Notes under the pieces: generated by a model
What the model was told of the DNA's origin: nothing
Seen by the model: only the letters and a program-made list of their open reading frames with translations
Database searches by the model: none
Position numbers and translations under genes: made by a program
Assembly (NCBI GenBank): GCA_012295275.1
Contig: CM022665.1
Span: 868,001 to 932,000 of the forward strand
Length of the DNA stretch: 64,000 bases
From: Chrysomallon squamiferum
Lineage: Eukaryota; Animalia; Mollusca
Direction of reading: 5' to 3'
In this document: positions 54,786 to 64,000 of the stretch, one piece after another
Position numbering within the stretch: the first letter of the stretch is position 1
Layout of the letters: each line of letters begins with the position of its first letter

Positions 54786-57700
54786 TTCATGGATTGACTC
54801 AGATATGTTTTCTTTTATTTACTACAATAAGTCATTAAAGTAAAGTTTTAAAACTGAAAACACAGTTACAGCTACTATGAAAATCATAATTATATGAACA
54901 GTTCATTCTGCTATCATGCACAACACTAAATAATAAATATATCTAAAGCAAAAGACAAATGACATGAAATTATTAACAATAAATTATTAACAAATGTACC
55001 TCAAGCAGTAATTTTTTCTCGGCAGCCTCTGCAGCTTCTAGAAGACCACTACTTCGTGTTGGTCTCAAGCCAGGTGCTGGGTTTGCATTGAGCTCTATGC
55101 TGATAGACAGTGGGTCAATGATAGACAGAGCAGTGTCATCTTCCGACATCAGACAACACGAGAACACTTCAATGCGCTGCAGACTGCATCGCATCACCTT
55201 GTCTGTAGCCTGGGGCTGGTACATCAGCACAGCAGTTGTCTAAAATGAACATTAAATTTATTTTATTATTTGTTTATTATGTTACAGCCTCAAATGTTCA
55301 AATATAAATAAAATTTAAACTGAATCTGAAACACGTTTGGCTATGTGTTAAAAAAAATACTCAGAAAATATTTAAATTTAATTTATATATTAAAAGTATT
55401 TTGTTTAATATAGGCAGACTATCTTTTGAATGTCAAATACGTACTTTTGACAAAACATTAAAATTAAATTTACTTTTGATTAAAAACTATTTTACAATTT
55501 ATGATCAATAAAAGTTACTGTAATTGTGAGATTTAAACTAAATATGTCAAAATTATTTGTAAATGTTTATATGAGCAAACATTTAGCATATATTTCATAA
55601 AATATATTACATCTGCCAAGAACAGTATTACAGTTTCCTGAGTAAAAAACCATATTATATTATTAAAAATAAACCTTTAGAATAACAGCACTAGTGTCCA
55701 GTGAAGCTGCATCTTCAACCACCACAAACTGGGTATCATTAATGTTTACACGCAGTTCAAATGGAACGTTCACCTGGAGAGAAGAACTATTTTTAATAAT
55801 CTTAATAATAATCATAAAAACACATACCTACATAAACATATAATTTAAAAAAAAATAAAAAATAAAACATCACACAAAAGTATATTCAGTAACTAAAAAT
55901 GTTTATTAAAAAGAAAAATAAGACATAAAACCTGTTCTACAAATGGTCCTCGCTTGGTAACAATGCCTCTGGTGACATTTAGAGCATTCTGTGATCTGCC
56001 TAAAGAAGGAGAACTAGTCTGTCTAGCTCTTGACTCCTGCACTTGAGTTTTCTCAGCTAAACAGAAACAAACAGTAAGATTTTAACACAGAAAATGGTAT
56101 GTCCAACACAAACAAACATAAAAAAATATATTATTTATAACATTAACATTTTTCATATGACTTGTACCAGGAATACACAGCAATATACAAGAAAAACAAA
56201 TGTCATTTTAAAATTAATTATCAGTTATCCCATCCATTTACATTTAAATTATGTGAAACTTCTTGTAGCTTCTATAAGAAAACCTCTGTGATAAAAGGAA
56301 TTTAAGATGACATTTGTATACTTTGTTTATCAGTTTCAAATGGATTCTCTGCATCAGTGAGTAGAAACTCCTGAACACTGAAAAGCCAGTCAAAGATGCA
56401 CATAAGTTTCATGTTGTTCAGTAAGATGGTAAACTGTGTTGAGTCCTTGCTGGAACGGTAATGCATTTCTAACTGCAGGTCAATCTTGTGTGAGTGTTCT
56501 GTCAGTGGTTGCAAGATGTTCACAAACACATTTGGCCGAGCATTCATTGGCTGTGCTGGAAAATAAATAGTTATGTGAACTTTTATATCCTAATAATTAC
56601 AGAAAAGAATGAAACTTGATTAATGACATTTTCTAACATATTTAAAGGTAATTCATTAAACTTTAATTTGAATTCATTTAACATGTTGTGTGTGTTACAA
56701 TACATTTGTTTAAAAAACCCAGTAAAATACATGTAATTAATCCATTTCCAGCTTAAGAATATAAACATTTTAAATGATAATAGTTCACTTGAAAGGTATA
56801 TTATACAAGCAAACTTTATAAAAAAAAAATAAATAAATATAAAGCCTGAATGGAAAAATATACTCAGTGGTTTGTCTAGTTATTGTGTTCTTCAGTTCTC
56901 AGTTATGATGAATTAATTTCTCTTACTTGTTTCACTACCACTGAACTCATTAACTTTAAAACTCAGACGTTTATACATTTACTATAATAACTTAATTTTA
57001 TTTACTTTTGAACCTTGTATCAATCACCACAATTTCCTGAGACACCAAATCTATATCTTTTTTCTGGTCAGAAAAGCTGTCATAAGAAAGCTGTGAGGAA
57101 ATGAAGTCAAGTCGAGCTAGAGAAACTTCAGGAATGTCTGGTCCCTGGTCATGTGTCATAAGCAGCTCCACTGTAACATTGTGAAGATCTACAACAATAC
57201 TGATACACTTCCATACAGCACCACTCAACACAGTCTGCAGAAAACAATATTACAAATGAAAAATATAAAGTTTTAAATATCCTTTAACAAATTATTTGAT
57301 TTAGAGTTGTGTTTAATTAAAATGTATTTGAGCATATTATACAGATGTTAAAGTTATGCTTTCAACAATAATCATGTGAAAAACAGGCATTTTATATGTA
57401 ATTAAAGTACTGTTGACTGTTTCTCTAGGCTAGTGCTAGCTGCTATTCAAAACAACTGTTAACTGGTATTCAACCCTGTAAATAAATCCACAATTCCCAC
57501 CATTACTCATATAAAGTTTGGATAAATGTCTTCAAACAGTAACTTAAAATATGTAAAATAATAAAAATTTTAAATGCATTTTTTAAAAACCCACTGAATT
57601 CTGTATAGATTCTTAAACTATAAAACAATTCTTACATGGTTTCGGGGATCCTGTAAATCTGTCATTAGAGGACGTGTGAATTCTTCAATCTGCTCACCAA

Positions 57701-60700
57701 GGTTGTGACCCAGTATTCCTCTAACAAGTTTGTACTGTGCGAGATCTAAGTGTGCGTACAGTGAGGACAGGCGACCTGCCAGACGCCAGTCTGGAGCATT
57801 GTGACTCAAGTCTCCATCAAGATTGTGTTCAATGTGCAAGTCCAGCTGACACTTCTCTCTCAGCAGAGGAACAGGCTGTGATAATAAAAACAATGAATCA
57901 CTTATTAAATCTTGCTGCTTCAGTAGAATTATAACACTTGTTTTCATTTTTGTTTATCCATTTTTTTTTTTTTCAAAAGAAACTATTGTTACCTAACAGA
58001 AACAGCGTATTTAGTTAAATTAAATACAGACACAAATGATGCTGTTTATACGCCTACCTCTCGCTCTATCATGCAGGATGAAAACTCCATGTCTCGTGTT
58101 AGATCTCCTCCACAATACAACTTCTTATCCACACGACGAGCTGCATACAGATCTATGTCTGTCAGTGTCAGTGACCACACATCCAACAAACAACGATAAT
58201 CTTCTTCATACTTCATGTCACTCACTGTCGAACAGACAGACGCCCGCTTTGATCTCATTGTGTCTTCAGCATCACTGGCTAATCTTTTAAGTGCATCATT
58301 GGGATCCACACTGGACCCTTCTCTCTCTGGAGACTGAATGTCTGCAACATTTCTCACATATGAATAGGAATCATCATAATTGGATTCTCTGTAGTCATGA
58401 TCTAAACTGCCATAAATGCTCTGACTCATCAGGTCATCATGAGCCTGAGGAGGAAAATACTGGTTGAACATACTCTCTGTCATTGCCTTGTGAGTGTCAG
58501 TTTTTCTTTCTGTGTGTGAGAAACAAGAATTTTTTTTATCTTTTTTGAGTCTGGCTTCAGCCTCAAATGTACTGGTTCCTTCATCACCATCAAAAATGAA
58601 ACTGTTTGTGATTCTCAGTCTTCCCAGGTCAACAACAAGGACATCATCTGTTCTAGAGCTGTGTGGAATGAGGACAATGGGAGAGCCTGCCTCAATGTCC
58701 AGTTGCATACGTGACCCTCGTGTAGCCTTGTTACTAACCTTAAAAATAAAAGTTCATACAACAGTTATTAAACTTAATGTCAAGTGCAAATATAGCCCAT
58801 TATTATGAATAGAGTATTTTTATTAAAATCAGTACAATGAGTTATTTTTTTATTATTATTTTTTTTTTAAACAGATAACTTTAAAGATACAGTTTCATTA
58901 TATTTCCAAAAGATTTACTGAAATTTCTAATTTATGATTATGTCTCTTGATTATCCAGTTAAAATACATTACAATTCATTTTACACCTTAAATTCTCTGA
59001 TTCTGAATCAAAAATATTTCTTTAACAAAGTGTTTAACATGAACAAATAAGGTTACTCAAGAAGAATTTACCTTTTTTCCTGCTGATGCTGCACGCATTC
59101 TTCCCAAAACGTCTTGCAACTGAAGGAAGTGCTGACAAAATGCCACTACCTCTGACTGGAATCGGTTTGTATGAATATATCTTACTGATGACATTCTCAA
59201 CTTGAGATAAATGTCATACTGTCTTTCAAGCTGATAATCAGGCAAGCCATGTCTGTAAGTATGTGTGTTTGTAAATGAAGTAAACATAATTTTTGATATG
59301 GAAATAATGGCAAAAAATGCAGTTGATATTTTTATTTAAATTTTTATCTTTACTTAAACTTAAAGAAGGAGATATAAAATGGCATCAAAACAACTTGTAT
59401 CTCTAAGAATGACATTCTTTCAGATACTGATGATGATTTATGTTACATACAATATAACACCAATTAGGAAAAGATTGAATAAGAAATAAACTACATAAAC
59501 TCATTAAAGTATATAGTATGTAGATATGACTAATTCAAAAACAGAAAAAAGATGGTATTCACTTACTTGAACAAATCAAATTCTAAGGCTTGTCTGCCAA
59601 CAGTAACAAATCGCTCTCTGTACAGCTCTCCATGTGGTGACTGATCCACAAGTGACAAACTGCCGAGCTGACCTTTAACTGACATGTTTGAGTCATGCAG
59701 TGAAATGTGAGTCTGCAGCTTCTGAACTCCTGCCCTAGCAAGCTCATAGTCTGGTTTGTTCAAAACTAGAGAGAAACTCTCAACAGCAAAGTTGATTTCT
59801 GAATTGATTATTTCATCTTCATCTGAAATTTTTTATACATTTTGATTAATAAGAAAGGCCAAGTGTTTACATAATAATAAAAATAATAATAACAAATCTA
59901 AACAATTAACAAATAATAAAATACAAATTGCAAACTTTTCCTTAATAGACATTATTTTTAATGAAGATGATTGAATTCAGTATTCAGCTGTCTTAAAATA
60001 ATTAATAACCATATCCTTAACTGTAAATTACAGTTTATAAATACATTGTCTACCTTCTGGTTTCTTGTAGGATTCAACAGGTGGTGACTCAGGGAGTTCA
60101 GTGTCAGAATTGTGAATCTTGGCACCCATTCCAAGGAAATCCAGTAAAACCACCCAGGTTTGAAGATTAATGGTAGCCTCAAGACAGTTGAAGTGGATGT
60201 CAATGAAACGATTTGTCTGAAAACAATTAATTACATAAAAATAAAAACACACATTTTCTTTCTTTTGTCAGATGAAAAGTATCTCTTGAATAATAATAGG
60301 TTTTTATAAAATGTGTATTAATTCAATTTAGTTTCAAAATGACAATTTCCTCCATTTTGTAAATAAACCCAATTTCTGACAATTCAGTTACATCATATAA
60401 ACCATTACAGTAAATGTATACATCATTTCAGGTAGAAGATTAATAAGAGAAATTCGGTGAAAAATAAACATTGTACCTTGCTGTATTTATTCACATACTC
60501 AGAAGATTTTTTGTCAATGAGAACAACATCAATATAAACCAGATCTTCTGTTTCTTGTCTTTTTTCAGTTAAACTCTCTTGAAGCATTGGAGTTGGTGGT
60601 GGAGTTTGGGGATATCCACTTCTATAAATAAATAAATAAATGAAAATTATATTAAAAAACAATGTAAAGAAAAATGATATGTAAGCAATGTATGGTAAAT

Positions 60701-62713
60701 AAAAAGAAACTTTAAATCTAATATTAAAAAATTCTGATTCAAAATTCAGATATGTATTTATATATCTTCAAACAAAAATGTAATTCAGATTGTAAAATGA
60801 AAAAAAGAAAAATATGTATTTACCCATCTGATCTTCTGGCTCTCAGAGATCTTGTAAAACTTGCAAAGGCTCCAATATTCTGTGGAATGAATGACTGGTT
60901 GGGTATTTCTTTGTGGAAACTTGAGGGTAAGGAATGTGGCATCAAGGGATCAGGAGTTATAATGGTGCTGTTAGGACAAGAACTAGACAGAAAAGTCTTT
61001 GTTTTAAAGTTGGCCTGCTTGTTCTGGCTGCTGTCTGACATGATGATCTGTCTATGGATTGAGTCTGGTAACTCAAGCAGATCATCCATCAACATGGAGT
61101 TCAATCTGATCTGCATTCTTGTGCTATACTTGTTATCTTTAGTGTATAGTACAGAGAAATCATGAAGCTTGAGATCCACAAGTCCTTGCTCTCCTTGTCC
61201 AAAATCCCATCTTAATTCCACTTGAAACAGAGGAACCTCAAATTTGATGTGTTTAGCATAAAACCCTTCTTGAATAGCAGAATCCTGCATGGCTGTGTCC
61301 GTGTTCATTTGGGAGTGATCGATGTTTGCTGCATTTGCATTGTTAGTAAGATTATCTACAAAGTCTTTTGGCACACTAGCATAGTCATCATCACCATAAG
61401 ATAAATTATCTAGAGTCTGAAGGATCTGTTCATATGCATCCTTTGAAAGAACAAGTTTCAGTGGTGATGAAATCTTTATTAAAACATCCAACACAGCATT
61501 CGACACTGAGCTTTGAAGGGACTTCTCAGGTGATCTTGATGACAAGAGAGGACTCTCAAATCCTTCAGGATTGATGAAAGGAAAATCTACAGTCTTTGTA
61601 GTGATGTCAAGTTCTACAGCAGTGTCAAACAGGATGGGAATGCGTGGTATTTGAGAAAAACTGTGGAATGAGGCTCCCAAACTTCCAGCAATGTTGCTAT
61701 TGCATCCACCAATTTCTTTCAGGTTGACAGAGTAAAGATTCATGTTTCTCAGAGAAATATGGATGGTATGAAAATGATCGTGAATACTGTCTTGTTCATG
61801 ATCTGAACTTTCCAAGTTGGTTACAGCAATTTCTCCAAGATGAGCAAGGAGTACGTGTGAGCTGGTTGGGGTTCGAGGAAGAACAATAATTGGTGTTTCC
61901 ATTCGAGCACAGACTCTGATCATTGGTCCTGAAATGTTAGCATCCAGAGATGTCTGGGACCCATATACATCTTCAAACATTACACCATCTGTAAAATCAC
62001 CCAGTGAGGTATCTCTACGCATGGCAAATGATATGTCATGTGTATCTAAAGCTCCAACCATGCCTTTTGCCATTTCACTTGCAGCTTTCCCAACAGTTGA
62101 TGCAAATGATGACATGTATTCCTGAAATTCTGACAGTCCTTCTGTCAATTCCTTCAGGAACACAGGACAGTGTGTATAATATAAAGAGGCCATGTCAAAA
62201 TTAGCCAAGATTTCATCTGATGCAACATGTGCTTTGTGGAAGAGATTTTCCATTTCTGGATCATTGTAATTCTTGGACACTGTGAAGGAGCAGGCCTGTT
62301 TTGTGTTAACAGAGGTGTCAGAAAACATGGTGTCATCTCTTGCTGTCTGGTACATAGCTGAAGGAAAGGTGACTGGAGATACAAGACACTCAGGCTGGTC
62401 GGTCTGACTCTCCCCCAGACTGAACACCTGCTGATACTGTGATGCTTCTGGTGATACGTCATTCAGATGTAGTCCACCCAAACTACCTTCTAACATCCAT
62501 CCATCCTCTGTTAAAATCAAATACAGAAACATTTTATAAGAATGAACATTAAAATATTTATATTCAAGTAACTCAATCAACAATATGATTAACATGACAG
62601 TTAAAAAAAATATACATAGATCTATAAAATGTCCTGTGAATGTATTTAATATCAAGGATAAATATATTTTTAAAAATCATATTTGCGAAATAAGAATTTA
62701 AAACATAATTAAA

Positions 62714-62753
<40 letters not shown>

Positions 62754-63793
62754 TAATAAAAAATAAAAATAAAATGAAATGAAATAAAATAAAATAAAAT
62801 AAAAAGAACAAGAACAAATGGAACAAAATAACAATGGGCGACATTTTTATTTTTTTATTTTCAACATAATGTTATCAGTTTATTACCTAATGATGCATGG
62901 ATTTTAGCAGTAGTCATTGTAGCTGTGGCAATTTTCTTCCCAGTCTTCCGACCATCTTTCTCAATAAATCGAGGCAGCATTATGCTAAGTCGTTTGAAAA
63001 TGGAAGTAACAACAATTTTGCAATCTCTCTGCAAAACAAAATTAAAATTAAAAATAGAAGATTAATAGTATTTACAATTTTTCGTTTTTTCTAACTTATT
63101 TTTTAAAACAGTCTGTATAATTGTGAATACTTATGCAAAATTATTAAATATTTGATATTTGATAAAGTATTTAAAAGAAGAAAAAAATTAACTGTTTTAA
63201 AGTTGTAATTGAAAATATATAAGAACGCAACAGTAATGTTTAAAAAGCTAAAGAATGAATTAAAATTAAATTATTTGATTATAACTGACCTTGGACAAGT
63301 CTTGGTTTGAAGGTTGTGCTTGAGTTCTAGATTTTCTTTGTTGTTTTTTATCTAGACTTGGAAAAGTCCTCTTCAAAAAACTTAGTACTTCAACCAAAGT
63401 TTCCTGATTGGCTGAAAACATCCAGAATATATGCACAATTTCTAAGTTGTTCTTTATTTCCAAATTCTTATAAAAGTAATGTTAAATTTTAATCCATAAT
63501 TTTTTGCCTGTAAGGGCAAAAAAAAATAATAAAAATAATAAAAATAATTATAACATTTTAAAGAACAAACAGATATAAAACGATTACAAATGCCTGTTTA
63601 CCTATGATGTCCAAATTGTTGAACTGCAGGTTAAAAATGTGCAGACCATCAGATGTCTTATCTGGGCTGGCTTGATCAGGGTAAACTATTTCATATTCTA
63701 AAATAATAAGAGCTTCAGGCTGCACTGTGGGCAAGTCTTGTGGTGTTAACCTATCTTTAGTATCACCTTCCCCAGCACTGCTGTCAACAGAAC
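26457..63793 (-). CDS. VPS13D: Vacuolar protein sorting-associated protein 13D (bridge-like lipid transfer protein), 3' portion, 51 constitutive exons, 5' end outside window
   Basis: Spliced translation contains UBA domain (ALMEIGFGREDCAKAL...AAAVWL, VPS13D-specific among VPS13s), YYNRNLSGWEPFIETW, VAB repeats (PYWLVNKAGVPLVFRQ, TIVTFAPRFIIDN, PPPFRLDNHSE), ricin-B-like segment (SQMWRMTSDGML), QIDNQ, ILGSVDFLGNPLGLFNDV, GIFGGLTGVFTQPLEGA, and C-terminus VVQEINYAKNMYDE; all junctions phase-compatible; stop TAA 26457-26459. Confidence 0.96.
26945..27075 (-). CDS. VPS13D: VPS13D exon (PH-like region)
   Basis: TIYYIELTTKADG...HPRVRCEKAAIAQK|gtaag. Confidence 0.85.
28725..28919 (+). mobile_element. 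decayed non-LTR retrotransposon (LINE) RT fragment in intron
   Basis: KRNLFLHFNPSKTQL resembles the N.L..N..KT motif of CR1/L2/jockey-type RTs; surrounding complex, non-exonic sequence. Confidence 0.4.
29527..29702 (-). CDS. VPS13D: VPS13D exon
   Basis: VIAKDQLRWG...HALITSKQVYFLG...ILYEDLVCCR. Confidence 0.88.
30119..30372 (-). CDS. VPS13D: VPS13D exon
   Basis: GFFKGVGKGVIGTVTKPVSGVFDL...RIRPQRCCYGPGGLLPPYS. Confidence 0.93.
30627..30830 (-). CDS. VPS13D: VPS13D exon (ATG2_C-like amphipathic region)
   Basis: VASSISDG...HLVAGVKGLGYGIFGGLTGVFTQPLEGAREEGVE. Confidence 0.93.
31361..31528 (-). CDS. VPS13D: VPS13D exon
   Basis: ELKSQAAKILGSVDFLGNPLGLFNDVTEG...NSAAK. Confidence 0.95.
31935..32008 (-). 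CDS. VPS13D: VPS13D exon
   Basis: PFVRLHPFESSAFLLNEIMIHYTQ. Confidence 0.9.
32219..32397 (-). CDS. VPS13D: VPS13D exon
   Basis: KRYYFGTLKL...KLPPDLKAIK...FEDAKVDL. Confidence 0.92.
32571..32704 (-). CDS. VPS13D: VPS13D exon
   Basis: HLVVTTKKMTVHLEEKLLWKLMQFTGY. Confidence 0.9.
33151..33297 (-). CDS. VPS13D: VPS13D exon
   Basis: IDNQMFGAQRGVLLFVTP...NAEIFK. Confidence 0.92.
33629..33778 (-). CDS. VPS13D: VPS13D exon
   Basis: VEISLKGGIGISVVNSVPEELLYITL. Confidence 0.92.
34400..35240 (+). mobile_element. decayed LINE-like insertion in VPS13D intron (antisense to gene)
   Basis: ~0.8 kb higher-GC, coding-like block with overlapping broken ORFs (34546-34884, 34862-35089), not spliceable into VPS13D; weak resemblance to post-RT/RNase H region of non-LTR elements. 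Confidence 0.4.
35580..35693 (-). CDS. VPS13D: VPS13D exon
   Basis: TIVKRQVEDIGDWEVYE...RNFE, phase 0-0. Confidence 0.85.
36132..36331 (-). CDS. VPS13D: VPS13D exon
   Basis: AIVVLGP...QKLRPGSGCLAVRVLMEGPIRVLQITD. Confidence 0.92.
36696..36768 (-). CDS. VPS13D: VPS13D exon (ricin-B-like)
   Basis: AGTLTCSAGMLCVQAVGGITGLQEG. Confidence 0.88.
37085..37309 (-). CDS. VPS13D: VPS13D exon (ricin-B-like)
   Basis: GKRSQMWRMTSDGMLEHEG...LVLDIA...RRKSTQTWKF. Confidence 0.93.
37533..37605 (-). CDS. VPS13D: VPS13D exon
   Basis: GYAGPSRELVLDCVHDNNLVFKRK. Confidence 0.88.
37856..38012 (-). CDS. VPS13D: VPS13D exon
   Basis: PYAWDEPT...LCYENFIYIAATHTF. Confidence 0.93.
38245..38317 (-). CDS. VPS13D: VPS13D exon
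   Basis: VPVLFYQKGTTEDCLKKQLKPHSS. Confidence 0.85.
38456..38579 (-). CDS. VPS13D: VPS13D exon (GC donor)
   Basis: LLKVEVLLQGPTFFIIF...PPPFRLDNHSE|gctagt. Confidence 0.88.
39055..39227 (-). CDS. VPS13D: VPS13D exon (VAB repeat)
   Basis: FHWPRTDFDQLLCV...CHWSGGFCIDKVSSFHINMR. Confidence 0.93.
40587..40640 (-). CDS. VPS13D: VPS13D putative cassette exon (54 nt)
   Basis: ttttgcag|DFRDMAKSTKHAATSNMW|gtgagt, phase 0-0 within a phase-0 intron. Confidence 0.65.
41549..41693 (-). CDS. VPS13D: VPS13D exon
   Basis: VYVIGIEVSPGHGRYRDTTIVTFAPRFIIDN. Confidence 0.93.
43540..43620 (-). CDS. VPS13D: VPS13D exon
   Basis: WCSRFPLDRGIGMRQLNVTPRDKNRPDW. Confidence 0.9.
43819..44037. mobile_element. TTAA-flanked MITE (Kolobok-like termini)
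   Basis: TTAA|GGGGTACATG ... CATGTCCC|TTAA imperfect TIRs. Confidence 0.5.
44287..44340 (-). CDS. VPS13D: VPS13D exon
   Basis: CTMRVGKKVHGSESLPQW. Confidence 0.88.
44675..44841 (-). CDS. VPS13D: VPS13D exon
   Basis: PYWLVNKAGVPLVFRQ...AAGQGEEHEMARSVTPLLFSF. Confidence 0.94.
45063..45248 (-). CDS. VPS13D: VPS13D exon
   Basis: ENFPMCRELRIP...VRLRLMD...GGSLQ. Confidence 0.88.
45701..45932 (-). CDS. VPS13D: VPS13D exon
   Basis: FCVSVCREQYP...PGHTITLLPPLTISNLLP. Confidence 0.92.
46495..46699 (-). CDS. VPS13D: VPS13D exon
   Basis: MPVPLQHVYDRLWVRP...LRWQHV. Confidence 0.88.
46934..47078 (-). CDS. VPS13D: VPS13D exon
   Basis: PARVVFDVQQEGNARKLITVRSAMMIVNHL. Confidence 0.92.
47473..47613 (-). 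CDS. VPS13D: VPS13D putative cassette exon (141 nt)
   Basis: ctcacag|GYVEPLDPARWTSRQIQLSSEKSDFHCLPIEFLRPCIGDENAINRLE|gtacaa, phase 0-0, no stops. Confidence 0.65.
48852..48989 (-). CDS. VPS13D: VPS13D exon
   Basis: QLVVTVDGWQRLSAVSVDKVGIYFRHA. Confidence 0.92.
49258..49399 (-). CDS. VPS13D: VPS13D exon
   Basis: SDWKKVKPGECKPFYFHQREKYRHQ. Confidence 0.88.
49792..50038 (-). CDS. VPS13D: VPS13D exon
   Basis: RRRLPFIPYMIVNETGSSLWFLTATTTPTR. Confidence 0.92.
50269..50330 (-). CDS. VPS13D: VPS13D exon
   Basis: FTSMWKQHDEKSLNVHVETD, phase 2-1. Confidence 0.82.
50636..50753 (-). CDS. VPS13D: VPS13D exon
   Basis: AEYYNRNLSGWEPFIETW. Confidence 0.94.
51220..51301 (-). CDS. VPS13D: VPS13D exon
   Basis: CICLIDDCGDSDIPLAEISF. 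Confidence 0.92.
51616..51785 (-). CDS. VPS13D: VPS13D exon, UBA domain
   Basis: SIKALMEIGFGREDCAKALSVCSEDVDAAAVWL. Confidence 0.93.
52105..52249 (-). CDS. VPS13D: VPS13D exon
   Basis: LRLSYHDMMLFLAILNSLPKQ. Confidence 0.92.
55000..55239 (-). CDS. VPS13D: VPS13D exon
   Basis: EVFSCCLMSEDDTALSIIDP. Confidence 0.92.
55675..55773 (-). CDS. VPS13D: VPS13D exon
   Basis: PFELRVNINDTQFVVVED...AVILK. Confidence 0.92.
55932..56056 (-). CDS. VPS13D: VPS13D exon
   Basis: ...NVTRGIVTKRGPFVEQ. Confidence 0.85.
56322..56555 (-). CDS. VPS13D: VPS13D exon
   Basis: NVFVNILQP...LQLEMHYRS...LNNMKLMCIFDWL. Confidence 0.9.
57006..57234 (-). CDS. VPS13D: VPS13D exon
   Basis: TVLSGAVW...SLARLDF...DIDLVS...DTRF. 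Confidence 0.92.
57636..57875 (-). CDS. VPS13D: VPS13D exon
   Basis: HNLDGDLSHNAPDW...QYKLVRGILGHNLGE. Confidence 0.92.
58058..58738 (-). CDS. VPS13D: VPS13D exon
   Basis: RGSRMQLDIEAGSPIVLIPHSS...CLLDVW. Confidence 0.93.
59072..59252 (-). CDS. VPS13D: VPS13D exon
   Basis: MSSVRYIHTNRFQSEVVAFCQHFLQLQDVLGR. Confidence 0.93.
59567..59822 (-). CDS. VPS13D: VPS13D exon
   Basis: SLVLNKPDYELARA...GSLSLVDQSPHGELYRERF. Confidence 0.92.
60054..60216 (-). CDS. VPS13D: VPS13D exon
   Basis: RFIDIHFNCLEATINLQTWVVLLDFLG. Confidence 0.93.
60477..60621 (-). CDS. VPS13D: VPS13D exon
   Basis: YPQTPPPTP...LVYIDVVLIDKK. Confidence 0.9.
60824..62507 (-). CDS. VPS13D: VPS13D large exon (1684 nt)
   Basis: core of 611-aa ORF; EDGWMLEGSLGGL...GEQGLVDL...LSSSCP...SLPSSF. 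Confidence 0.93.
62887..63028 (-). CDS. VPS13D: VPS13D exon
   Basis: FKRLSIMLPR...GKKIATATM. Confidence 0.88.
63290..63411 (-). CDS. VPS13D: VPS13D exon
   Basis: NQETLVEVLSFLKRTFP. Confidence 0.9.
63602..63793 (-). CDS. VPS13D: VPS13D exon (most 5' in window)
   Basis: EALIILEYEIV...LQFNNLDII. Confidence 0.88.
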
Positions 63794-64000
63794 CTAGAAA
63801 TGCAAACAGTTTATGTATTTTGTCTGTCAAGAATTAACTTGTATTTTACATTTGCACAATAAAACTAGAAAACAGGGTTAACAATTTATTGGACAATTAT
63901 TTATTATAGACTGAAGATTAAATCGTACACATAAAGACCATGTCAGCAATGGACATAATGAAAGTTGTTTTGCTTCATATTAAAATATTTTAAAATGATT

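Noticed and set aside
60752-62462. Several + strand and shifted-frame ORFs overlapping the big exon
   Set aside because: Shadow ORFs of the VPS13D coding exon; no independent signals.

Overview
Very AT-rich, intron-dense eukaryotic (animal, probably invertebrate/lophotrochozoan such as a mollusc; taxon is inference) genomic DNA containing the 3' parts of two convergent multi-exon genes. + strand (1-15914): C-terminal half of an ASK-family MAP3K (ASK1/MAP3K5/MAP3K15 orthologue): end of kinase domain, 14-3-3 motif, Ser/Arg-rich linker, HisK-N-like helical region, coiled coil and SAM domain, 20 exons that I could splice by hand in one continuous frame. - strand (63793 down to 26457): C-terminal ~3000 aa of VPS13D (UBA domain, VAB/SHR-BD repeats, ricin-B-like insert, ATG2_C/VPS13_C and PH-like end), 51 phase-compatible exons. 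Between them lie long AT-rich 3'UTR/intergenic sequence, microsatellites, small MITE-like elements and decayed LINE fragments. No prokaryotic-type systems (CRISPR, operons, tRNA/rRNA) are present. The most notable signals are at the splicing level: symmetric cassette/micro-exons in both genes, a 12-bp inverted repeat able to sequester a cassette-exon acceptor, an in-frame alternative donor, a GC-AG intron, a tandem array of duplicated 3' splice sites before the SAM exon, and a CTCF-like motif between the convergent genes. All exon calls are manual and unvalidated by RNA-seq.
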